Positions 35,938 through 43,280 of a DNA stretch of 64,000 nucleotides are shown here, piece after piece. Numbering within the stretch: the first letter of the stretch is position 1; every line of letters starts with the position of its first letter. The stretch is from sequence record MN794232.1; one strand, written 5' to 3'. The translations under genes and the position numbers were made by a program. The notes under the pieces are model-generated. The model searched no databases. It was not told the origin of the DNA and saw nothing but the letters and a program-made list of their open reading frames with translations.

Positions 35938-35982
35938 TTAGTAGAATTAGTAGTTTTAGTGATATTAGAAGTATTAGTAAGA
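35938..35982 (+). repeat. Five TTAG-headed 9-nt repeats (iteron-like)
   Basis: TTAGTAGAA TTAGTAGTT TTAGTGATA TTAGAAGTA TTAGTAAGA; no C on the + strand. Confidence 0.75.
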
Positions 35983-35984
35983 TT

Positions 35985-36015
35985 TGTTTAACAAACACCT
36001 TGACAGCCGTATAAT
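35985..36015 (+). promoter_or_regulatory. Class II promoter for glutaredoxin-24-55
   Basis: TGTTTAAC, TTTAAC-17nt-TATAAT. Confidence 0.75.
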
Positions 36016-36033
36016 ACACGTCGAGGTGATGAA

Positions 36034-36273
36034 ATGATAACGATATACACAATTCCTAACTGTGACGGCTGTCGTCACGCTATCGCCCTCTGTAAGTTCA
36101 AACACGTTCCGTATACTGTAATCGAGTTACAGTCACAGACTGACATCGACCAATTACATCAAAAGCTTGGTGATAATCGCAATATTCGCGTTCCTCTTGC
36201 TATGCATGGTGACACATACATCGGTCACCTGCCTGAATTGAAGAAATGGGTTGATGAACAGACGTATAAATAA
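36034..36273 (+). CDS. Glutaredoxin
   Basis: YTIPNCDGC, RVP...TYIG. Confidence 0.85.
   Translation: MITIYTIPNCDGCRHAIALCKFKHVPYTVIELQSQTDIDQLHQKLGDNRNIRVPLAMHGDTYIGHLPELKKWVDEQTYK
36265..36272 (+). promoter_or_regulatory. Late promoter TATAAATA
   Basis: Exact consensus upstream of the gp24-like gene. Confidence 0.8.
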
Positions 36274-36331
36274 AAGAAATTACGTACATTCTCTCCGCTG
36301 AAATGCGGCAATAAATTAAAGGAATCAAACA

Positions 36332-37228
36332 ATGACTGTATCTAATAGTAACGGTTTACCAGACATTGTTACTGTTCAAAAACGACTATATCCGCTGATC
36401 TTCACGGAAATCGTTTCTGAACAGCCAACAAAGCAACCCGTTGCAACTGCTTACGGCTTTAAAGCTGTACCTGAAGCTGATGACGGCAGCGGCTGGACAC
36501 AATTTGGGTTTAGACTTGATCGTTGGTATGCTCAAGTTGAATCTTCAAAAATGAAGACTGAAATCTCTCTTGAAACGCTGCAAGATATGCAAGCACTTGG
36601 TGTTAGTAATTCAGTGATCGTAGACTCACTAGCTGACCAAATTGCTGATGAAATCAATACGTCGATTATCGGTGCGTTGAATAGCATTTCAACTGTTGGT
36701 ACTGCACTAACCCTGACGGGTAATACTGATTTTGAAAAAGGTCAAGATCTTTATACGAAAGTACACCTAGCAGCGTCTGAAATTGAAAAAACAACTGGTT
36801 GTAAAGGCACATATGTCGTTGCGGGCGGTAAATGTTTCGGTTATTTGACTGGTTGTGGTGTTGTACAGCGAGTTGGCGAATCTGACGTTTACAAAGCATG
36901 GTCTGGTTTATACATCGTACACGACAAATACGCAACAAGCGATTACGTGACTGTAGGTGTTAAGAAAGACATGGGTGATTATGAAATCTCAAGTCTAGTA
37001 TTCAGCCCGTATCAATTCGACCAAGCGAATGACGGCGCGATTGCTTATCAATACAAGGGCACTGACCCGAAATCATTCCACCCTGTGTATGGTGTTATTG
37101 CTCGTTACGCACTAACTGTTCCGCCACTAGAAGACAATCAGACTGGTGCAGTTGAGATTGATTGGTCGAACTTAGGCGCGCTTGCTAATAGCTCAAAGCT
37201 TTCATACACATACGCAGTAACAGTATAA
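36332..37228 (+). CDS. 24: gp23/gp24-family capsid vertex-like protein
   Basis: EQPTKQP...AYG, SLETLQD, DEINTSII, LVFSPY, DPKSFHPVYGVIARYAL are HK97-fold gp23/24 motifs; only 298 aa. Confidence 0.7.
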   Translation: MTVSNSNGLPDIVTVQKRLYPLIFTEIVSEQPTKQPVATAYGFKAVPEADDGSGWTQFGFRLDRWYAQVESSKMKTEISLETLQDMQALGVSNSVIVDSLADQIADEINTSIIGALNSISTVGTALTLTGNTDFEKGQDLYTKVHLAASEIEKTTGCKGTYVVAGGKCFGYLTGCGVVQRVGESDVYKAWSGLYIVHDKYATSDYVTVGVKKDMGDYEISSLVFSPYQFDQANDGAIAYQYKGTDPKSFHPVYGVIARYALTVPPLEDNQTGAVEIDWSNLGALANSSKLSYTYAVTV

Positions 37229-37236
37229 GGTGTGAC

Positions 37237-37749
37237 ATGAAAAATCATTATGTAGATAATAAAGCTCTATACGCATCACTATGCGAATGGAAAGACGAAA
37301 TGAATAAGAATCCTGATGCGACAATCCCAGTACCTGATGTGGTCGCGATTAGCATCATGAAGATTAGCGAGAACCTGTCTCGCCGTTACAACTTTAGTGG
37401 TTACACTGCTACGTGGAAAGAAGAAATGATTGGTGACGCAATCGAACATTGCTTGCGTTACATCAAAAATTTCGATACTGATAAGTACAACAATCCACAC
37501 GCTTACATCACTCGTATCTGTTTCAATGCGTTCGTGCAACGCATTAAGAAAGAAAGAAAAGATACAGCGATTAAATATAAAGTATTCTTATGTGATTCGT
37601 CTAACTACACAGTTGAAGGCGAAGAGACTGATTTCGAGTTTCTTCAGCAAATGTTAGAGCGTGTCAATTCTTACGAGTCTGGCAAAACGGCTAAAGCTCA
37701 ACCAGATGAACAGAAAGAACCACTTAACTTACAGAAATTTTACGATTAA
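37237..37749 (+). CDS. 55: Late sigma factor gp55
   Basis: HYVDNK, NFSGYTATWKEEMIGDAIE, NPHAYITRICFNAFVQRIKKE. Confidence 0.96.
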   Translation: MKNHYVDNKALYASLCEWKDEMNKNPDATIPVPDVVAISIMKISENLSRRYNFSGYTATWKEEMIGDAIEHCLRYIKNFDTDKYNNPHAYITRICFNAFVQRIKKERKDTAIKYKVFLCDSSNYTVEGEETDFEFLQQMLERVNSYESGKTAKAQPDEQKEPLNLQKFYD

Positions 37750-37758
37750 GGAATTAAC

Positions 37759-39204
37759 ATGTTAGGTAACTTTGACTCATTTCTGAGTGAAAATCGCCGT
37801 CAAACTCAGGGTGGAAAAATCTACCCTAAGTTTGGTCAAGTTATTGTTGAGCTAGGCACTGCATCTACTGAGTTCAGCAAAGGCAAAGGCGTTGAAACAA
37901 CTATCGACATGATGGAGAAGGCAAATGAGCTTAAATCTATCATGAACACTAAACTGGCTGAAGATAAAAACGTCGATGAGAAACATTTCGACATCAATCT
38001 GAGCGAGAACGTAAGCACGGTTAACCTGCTTATGGAAAACGAATTCTTGGCGCTGCCAGCTCATGAGCTACAGCAAGTCAAATCAATGATCATGTGTACT
38101 GAAGCACGTCTTCCTAGCATCGTGATTAAAGGTGGTTCATTGGATCAAGTTGTTGCTGAAGCAACGAAACTAGGCTACAAGAAAAGTGACATTCACGTTG
38201 TTTTCCCGATGCGTGAAATGAAAATCAATCTTGCTGACTCTGACAAGCTTGTTATTGAATCTCTATCAATTGACGACAATTCAGCGTCTGAGATTCTTTC
38301 AATGGCTGAAAACATCGAGCTTGGTGACGTTTATGTGACTGTAGAATCGGTTGATTCTAAGGCTGAACTGTCTGAAATCACCGAACTGAAGATCAAATCG
38401 GGTAAAAATGCGCTGACACTAGCTGCACTTAACCGCAAGATCATGGATCAGTTTATCGTGAAAGAAGCGAAAGAAGTTTCATATGCACGTGAGCGCAAAG
38501 AAGACACTGGTCTCCCAATGCTTGAAGGTTTCAAGGCATACGATCTGAAACAGAACATCACCATGATTGAACATGCTCAGAACGCATTCACAAAAGAGAT
38601 TACAGTAGCTCCGCTATCTTCGACTGCGTGGCAAAATCTTGTTGATGTTAAAGAAGCTTACTTCGATAACGGTTGGAAACTGAAGCACAACAATACAAGC
38701 ATCGTTCTAACAAACGCTGAACACGCAATGCGTGCTGGTCGTGTTTGTGAAGAATATCGAGTCGAGCTATCTGAAGCAGGTTATCCTCTTCTTGATATGA
38801 TCGCAATGATGGAAAGCAAGGGCATGACTCGCTTTGATTGTAAATCATTTGCTGAAGCAATGATGAAATTCGACGGCTGTGTTACGCCAGAGCGCCAGAC
38901 TGTGACTGCATTTGTTACTGAATCGGCTAGTAATCGCGTATTCCATCCGAACATTATGTCAAGCCTACGTCCTGTGACTGAAATGGTTGATGATGTTGAC
39001 GGTCTAATTCGTGCGCTTGCTAATGATCAGTTCAGCACGTTCAAAATCGGACAATCATTCTCTGAATCAATGCTTGACCAAGAAACGCTATACTCTATGA
39101 TGGAAAGCATTGTTTCTGATGGTGTTGATGTATCAGTGGACGGGACTTTGATTGAATTCAAAGTGAATGCAACCAATTACCTAATCAATATCGACATCAA
39201 ATAA
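37759..39204 (+). CDS. Hypothetical protein with eroded P-loop-kinase-like N-domain and many L/I-x-E sites
   Basis: MLGNFDSFLSE start; GGKIYPKFGQVIV and LGYKKSDIHVVF resemble a T4-like kinase family but GKS/T is absent. Confidence 0.75.
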   Translation: MLGNFDSFLSENRRQTQGGKIYPKFGQVIVELGTASTEFSKGKGVETTIDMMEKANELKSIMNTKLAEDKNVDEKHFDINLSENVSTVNLLMENEFLALPAHELQQVKSMIMCTEARLPSIVIKGGSLDQVVAEATKLGYKKSDIHVVFPMREMKINLADSDKLVIESLSIDDNSASEILSMAENIELGDVYVTVESVDSKAELSEITELKIKSGKNALTLAALNRKIMDQFIVKEAKEVSYARERKEDTGLPMLEGFKAYDLKQNITMIEHAQNAFTKEITVAPLSSTAWQNLVDVKEAYFDNGWKLKHNNTSIVLTNAEHAMRAGRVCEEYRVELSEAGYPLLDMIAMMESKGMTRFDCKSFAEAMMKFDGCVTPERQTVTAFVTESASNRVFHPNIMSSLRPVTEMVDDVDGLIRALANDQFSTFKIGQSFSESMLDQETLYSMMESIVSDGVDVSVDGTLIEFKVNATNYLINIDIK

Positions 39205-39212
39205 GGTGAAAC

Positions 39213-39860
39213 ATGAAACAATTTTGTAATTTTTTAGCTGAAGTTCAGAAATACAGTTCAGCGGCTACGTCGATTCGCGGTAAAGAAGTTGCTGCATTGG
39301 TTAAATTGTTCAAGTCAGGCATGTTCGTGCCTGGCGGAACAGCACTTGACTACGGCGCGGGCAAATACGGTCGTAATGCTGAATTTCTTCGCAGTGAAGG
39401 CATTCGCACTTACGCATACGACAAATTCAATGGGACATCGGCTGATGGTTGGGGCGCAGTTAGCTTAACTATCCCGAATGGTGAGACATTCGATACTGGC
39501 TTCACGTCATACGTATTGAACGTTGTTCCTGAAGAAATCGAAGCAGAAATCATCCGTGATGTTGAGTCTCGTACACGCGGTAAAGTGTTCCATATTACAC
39601 GCGGTACTGACATCACTCAGACTGTATTCAACGTAATCAGCGGTAAGAGCAAGAATGACGTAATGATGCAATTCATTGCTCAAGAATATCCAGAGATTTA
39701 CGGTCAGATTGTCGCGAACGGTGGGACTAAAGAATTGGCTAAAGAGATTGCAACTCGTGGAGTTGTAACAGCTAAAGACAGTTTCCAACGTATTCCAGAC
39801 CTATCGAAATACGGTTACAAGAAATCTGGTTCAGGCGCTTCAGTCGTTTGGACAAAATAA
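39213..39860 (+). CDS. Class I SAM-dependent methyltransferase with CTS-like N-terminus
   Basis: ALDYGAGKYGRN (motif I), YAYD, SYVLNVV; starts MKQFCNFLAE. Confidence 0.8.
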   Translation: MKQFCNFLAEVQKYSSAATSIRGKEVAALVKLFKSGMFVPGGTALDYGAGKYGRNAEFLRSEGIRTYAYDKFNGTSADGWGAVSLTIPNGETFDTGFTSYVLNVVPEEIEAEIIRDVESRTRGKVFHITRGTDITQTVFNVISGKSKNDVMMQFIAQEYPEIYGQIVANGGTKELAKEIATRGVVTAKDSFQRIPDLSKYGYKKSGSGASVVWTK

Positions 39861-39877
39861 TTTGAAATTATTTGAAT

Positions 39878-39913
39878 AAAAGGGTTGCTTCGGCAACCCT
39901 TTTTGCGTATTAT
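39878..39913 (+). promoter_or_regulatory. Fused terminator/early-promoter cassette
   Basis: AAAAGGGTTGC-TTCG-GCAACCCTTTTT; TTGCTT-17nt-TATTAT. Confidence 0.88.
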
Positions 39914-39948
39914 AGCTACATCGAAACGAGATACAAAGAGAGAACGTT

Positions 39949-40209
39949 ATGATGATTACTGAATACCTACGCAATAATACAGTTCGCGAAATGCTAGATT
40001 GCCCTGCTACTTCGCTTGCATTCTGGTCACAAGAATTCATGATCATCCCTGATGAAGATCTAACTTTTGTTGAAAACGATGAAAACGTTCTAATCAAGAT
40101 GAACGAAATCGAAGTTGTTGTGCCGTACAATATGACGCTTGAAGTTCTTGAGCAAATGTTCGGTGACGCACTAAGTGAACATGTTAGAAAGATTAAAGAA
40201 CGTGTTTAA
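39949..40209 (+). CDS. Hypothetical early protein
   Basis: Follows conserved leader. Confidence 0.75.
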   Translation: MMITEYLRNNTVREMLDCPATSLAFWSQEFMIIPDEDLTFVENDENVLIKMNEIEVVVPYNMTLEVLEQMFGDALSEHVRKIKERV

Positions 40210-40233
40210 CATCGGGTTATCTCATACTATAAT
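40203..40233 (+). promoter_or_regulatory. Class II promoter for the operon leading to 47-46
   Basis: TGTTTAAC, TTTAAC-17nt-TATAAT. Confidence 0.78.
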
Positions 40234-40256
40234 ACTCAAACATTGAAGGAAATATT

Positions 40257-40715
40257 ATGATCTACATTGAAACAAGCAACATCCTTTCTGATGACACTCT
40301 CGGCTTTGCAATGGCTGGCGCGCCTCAAGTTGATAAACTTGAGAAAAAAGAGCGTGACAATGTGCTTAACAAAGCTGTTGAAGTCAAGCTCTACGAACGT
40401 CTTCCATCGACTGCTGTACTTGATTTTCTCTTGAATCAAAAAATTCCCTTCATCGCCGTACTGAGCAAAGTAGAAGTTATTGCTGAACAGCAACGTGCGT
40501 GGTTTGATGCAATTGGCAAGCACTTGAATATTGATGTGATGTACACAGATTTTCAAGAAGTCGAGCACAATCTCGATACGCTGTTGATTGCTGAAGATCG
40601 ACATGAACTGAAACGTCACGCTCAAAATAACGGTAGAATTTTACCATTCACAACTGAAACACAATTTCAATTCATTATCGACCATCTATCTTCGGTCGAC
40701 AATAAGGAGCAGTAA
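40257..40715 (+). CDS. Hypothetical protein
   Basis: 152 aa, RBS GAAGGA. Confidence 0.75.
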   Translation: MIYIETSNILSDDTLGFAMAGAPQVDKLEKKERDNVLNKAVEVKLYERLPSTAVLDFLLNQKIPFIAVLSKVEVIAEQQRAWFDAIGKHLNIDVMYTDFQEVEHNLDTLLIAEDRHELKRHAQNNGRILPFTTETQFQFIIDHLSSVDNKEQ

Positions 40716-41065
40716 TGCAAGAGAAGCCAGATTTACTCAAAGACGACGAAATTGTTGATGTAGTCGAAGATCAAGAAGTTCTTGACTATCTTGATGAACT
40801 GCAAGCTCAACGTCGTGCGCTTGTTGAGAAAGAAGCACATCGTCGTATCAAGAAAAACTCGCGTGAGATTAAACGTCTGCATAAACACGCTGAAAAGTGT
40901 CTAATCGAAGGTAACAAAGCGGGTTACGTCTATGCAATCGGCAAACTTCGTTCTATTACTGGTCAGACAGTTGGTGACGATGTACTTGAAACGCTATGGA
41001 AAACTAGCCGTGAGCAAGTACTAACAATCGCACGTTCATTTGCAGAAGCGAAAGCAGGTCAATAA
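40715..41065 (+). CDS. a-gt.4: T4 a-gt.4-like protein
   Basis: KKNSREIKRLHKHAE...YVYAIGKLR. Confidence 0.75.
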   Translation: MQEKPDLLKDDEIVDVVEDQEVLDYLDELQAQRRALVEKEAHRRIKKNSREIKRLHKHAEKCLIEGNKAGYVYAIGKLRSITGQTVGDDVLETLWKTSREQVLTIARSFAEAKAGQ

Positions 41066-41529
41066 TGGACATTAAATCAGGCGCTGGTTATCCAGCCAGT
41101 GCGCTGTCAAACTTCGCGCCTCATGCATTCGTTGTGCGTGGTGTTGAGTGTGCTTCTATGGAAGGGTTTCTTCAGTCATTGAAGTTCAAAAACCCAGAAA
41201 TGCAACGTGAAGTCTGCAAACTTGTGGGTAAAGTTGCTAAAGCACGCGGTGCGAAGAAAAACTGGCAACGCACTCAGACACTTTATTGGCAAGGTGAGCC
41301 GATTCAGCGTGCTTCGGTTGGGTATCAAACGTTGCTCGATGATGCATACGCTGCATTAGCTCAGAACGTGAAATTTCAAAAGGCACTGCTTGCTACTGGT
41401 AAAGCTACCCTTACACATTCAATCGGGCGTAAGAAGCAGGCAGAGACGGTTTTAACTGTACAAGAATTCTGTAGCCGATTGACAGTGATTCGGGAACATT
41501 TGCAGAATGAAGCTGATGAATGTAGTTAA
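41065..41529 (+). CDS. 30.3: NADAR-family ADP-ribosylhydrolase (T4 30.3-like)
   Basis: ALSNFA, EGFLQSLK, TLYWQG, LTHS, TVLTVQEF. Confidence 0.82.
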   Translation: MDIKSGAGYPASALSNFAPHAFVVRGVECASMEGFLQSLKFKNPEMQREVCKLVGKVAKARGAKKNWQRTQTLYWQGEPIQRASVGYQTLLDDAYAALAQNVKFQKALLATGKATLTHSIGRKKQAETVLTVQEFCSRLTVIREHLQNEADECS

Positions 41530-42019
41530 ATTAATGATTCGTGCGATTGCTCGTGCGAAGAAAACAGACAAGCCTATCGTATACATTGACATGGACAACG
41601 TGCTGGTTGACTTTCAGAGTGGAATAGATGCTCTTTCTATCTGGGAAAAGAATCAGTATGAGGGTCGATATGACGAATGTCCGGGTATTTTCGCTCATAT
41701 GAAGCCGATGAAAGGTGCGATTGCTGCATTTGAAGTGTTGAACAAACACTTTGATTGCTATATACTGTCTACCGCCCCGTGGGATAATCCCGGGTCATGG
41801 CAAGATAAGCGTCTGTGGGTTGAACGTTACTTGGGCAAAGGTGCTTACAAGCGACTGATCTTGTCACATCACAAGCAGTTAAACTTCGGTCATTATCTCA
41901 TCGACGACCGCACGAAAAACGGTGCAGGTGAGTTCATGGGCGAACACATTCACTTTGGCACAGACGAATTCCCTGACTGGTTTTCGGTTGTGACTTATCT
42001 TACGAGTGAGAACAAATGA
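41507..42019 (+). CDS. 5'(3')-deoxyribonucleotidase (HAD)
   Basis: VYIDMDNVLVDF, ILSTAPW, DKRLW, LIDDR. Confidence 0.88.
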   Translation: MKLMNVVKLMIRAIARAKKTDKPIVYIDMDNVLVDFQSGIDALSIWEKNQYEGRYDECPGIFAHMKPMKGAIAAFEVLNKHFDCYILSTAPWDNPGSWQDKRLWVERYLGKGAYKRLILSHHKQLNFGHYLIDDRTKNGAGEFMGEHIHFGTDEFPDWFSVVTYLTSENK

Positions 42020-43056
42020 AAGTAGCATTGCTAGGTGACTTGCATATCGGCATCAAAGATGACGACATGTGGGTACAAAATTACCAGCGCAAGTTCTTCG
42101 ACTTTATGTTCGCAGAACTAGAAGAGCGCGGTGTAAAAGAAATAATTCAACTCGGTGACTGGTTTGACGTACGTCGAGGCGCAACGCAAGAAACACTGAT
42201 GTTTCAACGAACGTATCTGAATGGCATGTTGAAAGGTCACAATACACACGTTCTAGTGGGTAACCATGACATGCACTTGCGTGAATGCATTGTACCGAAT
42301 ACTCCGTATGAAGTATTGAGCGTTGTACCAGACGTTACAATCTACGAGCACCCGACGACTGTTGAGTTTGATGGTGTTAAAATTGACATCATCCCGTGGA
42401 TTTGTAAAGAAAATGCAGTCGAAATCGACGAATTCATTAAAAATTCAACGTCTGAATACTGTGTCGGTCACTTTGAGTTGAACGGGTTTGAATTTCATAA
42501 AGGTCAAAAAGCAACTGGCTGTCTTGATGCTGGTTTCTTGAAGAAATACAAACAAGTTTGGTCTGGACACTTTCATACTCAGTCTGAAGCGGGCAATATC
42601 AAGTATCTCGGTACGCCGTATACATTGACTCTTGCAGATGCTGATGATAAACGTGGTTTTTGGTTGTTTGATACTGAAACACACGAAATGGAGTTCATTG
42701 AGAACCCCGATTGTTGGCACACCAAGCTGTATTTTGACGCTGAAACGTTTGACGCGAAAACAATCCCGTCATATGAAAATCGCAACGTCAAGATTATCGT
42801 TGAACGTCGTTCAAGTGACAAGCGTGAAATCTCTTTTGATGTGGTCGAAGATCGCATTGCGCAAATTGCACATGCGTGTCAGACTCTCGATGAGCTAGAC
42901 ATCAAAAAAGACGTAGCAGATGACATCAAATCTATTAAAGATATTGATGATTATGTTGCTGAATATGCAGATACTCTAGACGAATCGACTGAAGTCAAGT
43001 CAAAAGTCAAAGCAATCTTCTCGGCGCTTCGTGCTGAAGCTCAGGAGAATGCGTGA
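42016..43056 (+). CDS. 47: Recombination endonuclease subunit gp47 (Mre11-like)
   Basis: LGDLHIG, QLGDWFD, VGNHD, VGHFEL, WSGHFH, YLGTPY. Confidence 0.96.
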   Translation: MKVALLGDLHIGIKDDDMWVQNYQRKFFDFMFAELEERGVKEIIQLGDWFDVRRGATQETLMFQRTYLNGMLKGHNTHVLVGNHDMHLRECIVPNTPYEVLSVVPDVTIYEHPTTVEFDGVKIDIIPWICKENAVEIDEFIKNSTSEYCVGHFELNGFEFHKGQKATGCLDAGFLKKYKQVWSGHFHTQSEAGNIKYLGTPYTLTLADADDKRGFWLFDTETHEMEFIENPDCWHTKLYFDAETFDAKTIPSYENRNVKIIVERRSSDKREISFDVVEDRIAQIAHACQTLDELDIKKDVADDIKSIKDIDDYVAEYADTLDESTEVKSKVKAIFSALRAEAQENA

Positions 43057-43280
43057 TGGAACGTGATTTGGTTAGTCCTTGTAAAATATGCGGTAAACTC
43101 CCGTTCATTCATAAGTCGCCAGTAATGGCGAATGGTTGTTCATTCACAGCTTGGATTGTTGAGTGTGACAATGACGACGATGATCAGCGCACTCCGCCTT
43201 TTGTTGAACATAGTCTAGTAGTCTATGGTGCTACAAAAGAAGAAGCAATTGACCGATGGGATGAAATAGCGAATGATTAA
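43056..43280 (+). CDS. Lar (restriction alleviation)-like small zinc-ribbon protein
   Basis: SPCKICG...WIVEC...TKEEAIDRW. Confidence 0.45.
   Translation: MERDLVSPCKICGKLPFIHKSPVMANGCSFTAWIVECDNDDDDQRTPPFVEHSLVVYGATKEEAIDRWDEIAND

Noticed and set aside
36000-36015. Perfect TTGACA and TATAAT hexamers close together
   Set aside because: Only 4 nt apart, so not a functional pair; TTTAAC at 35987 gives the correct 17-nt spacing
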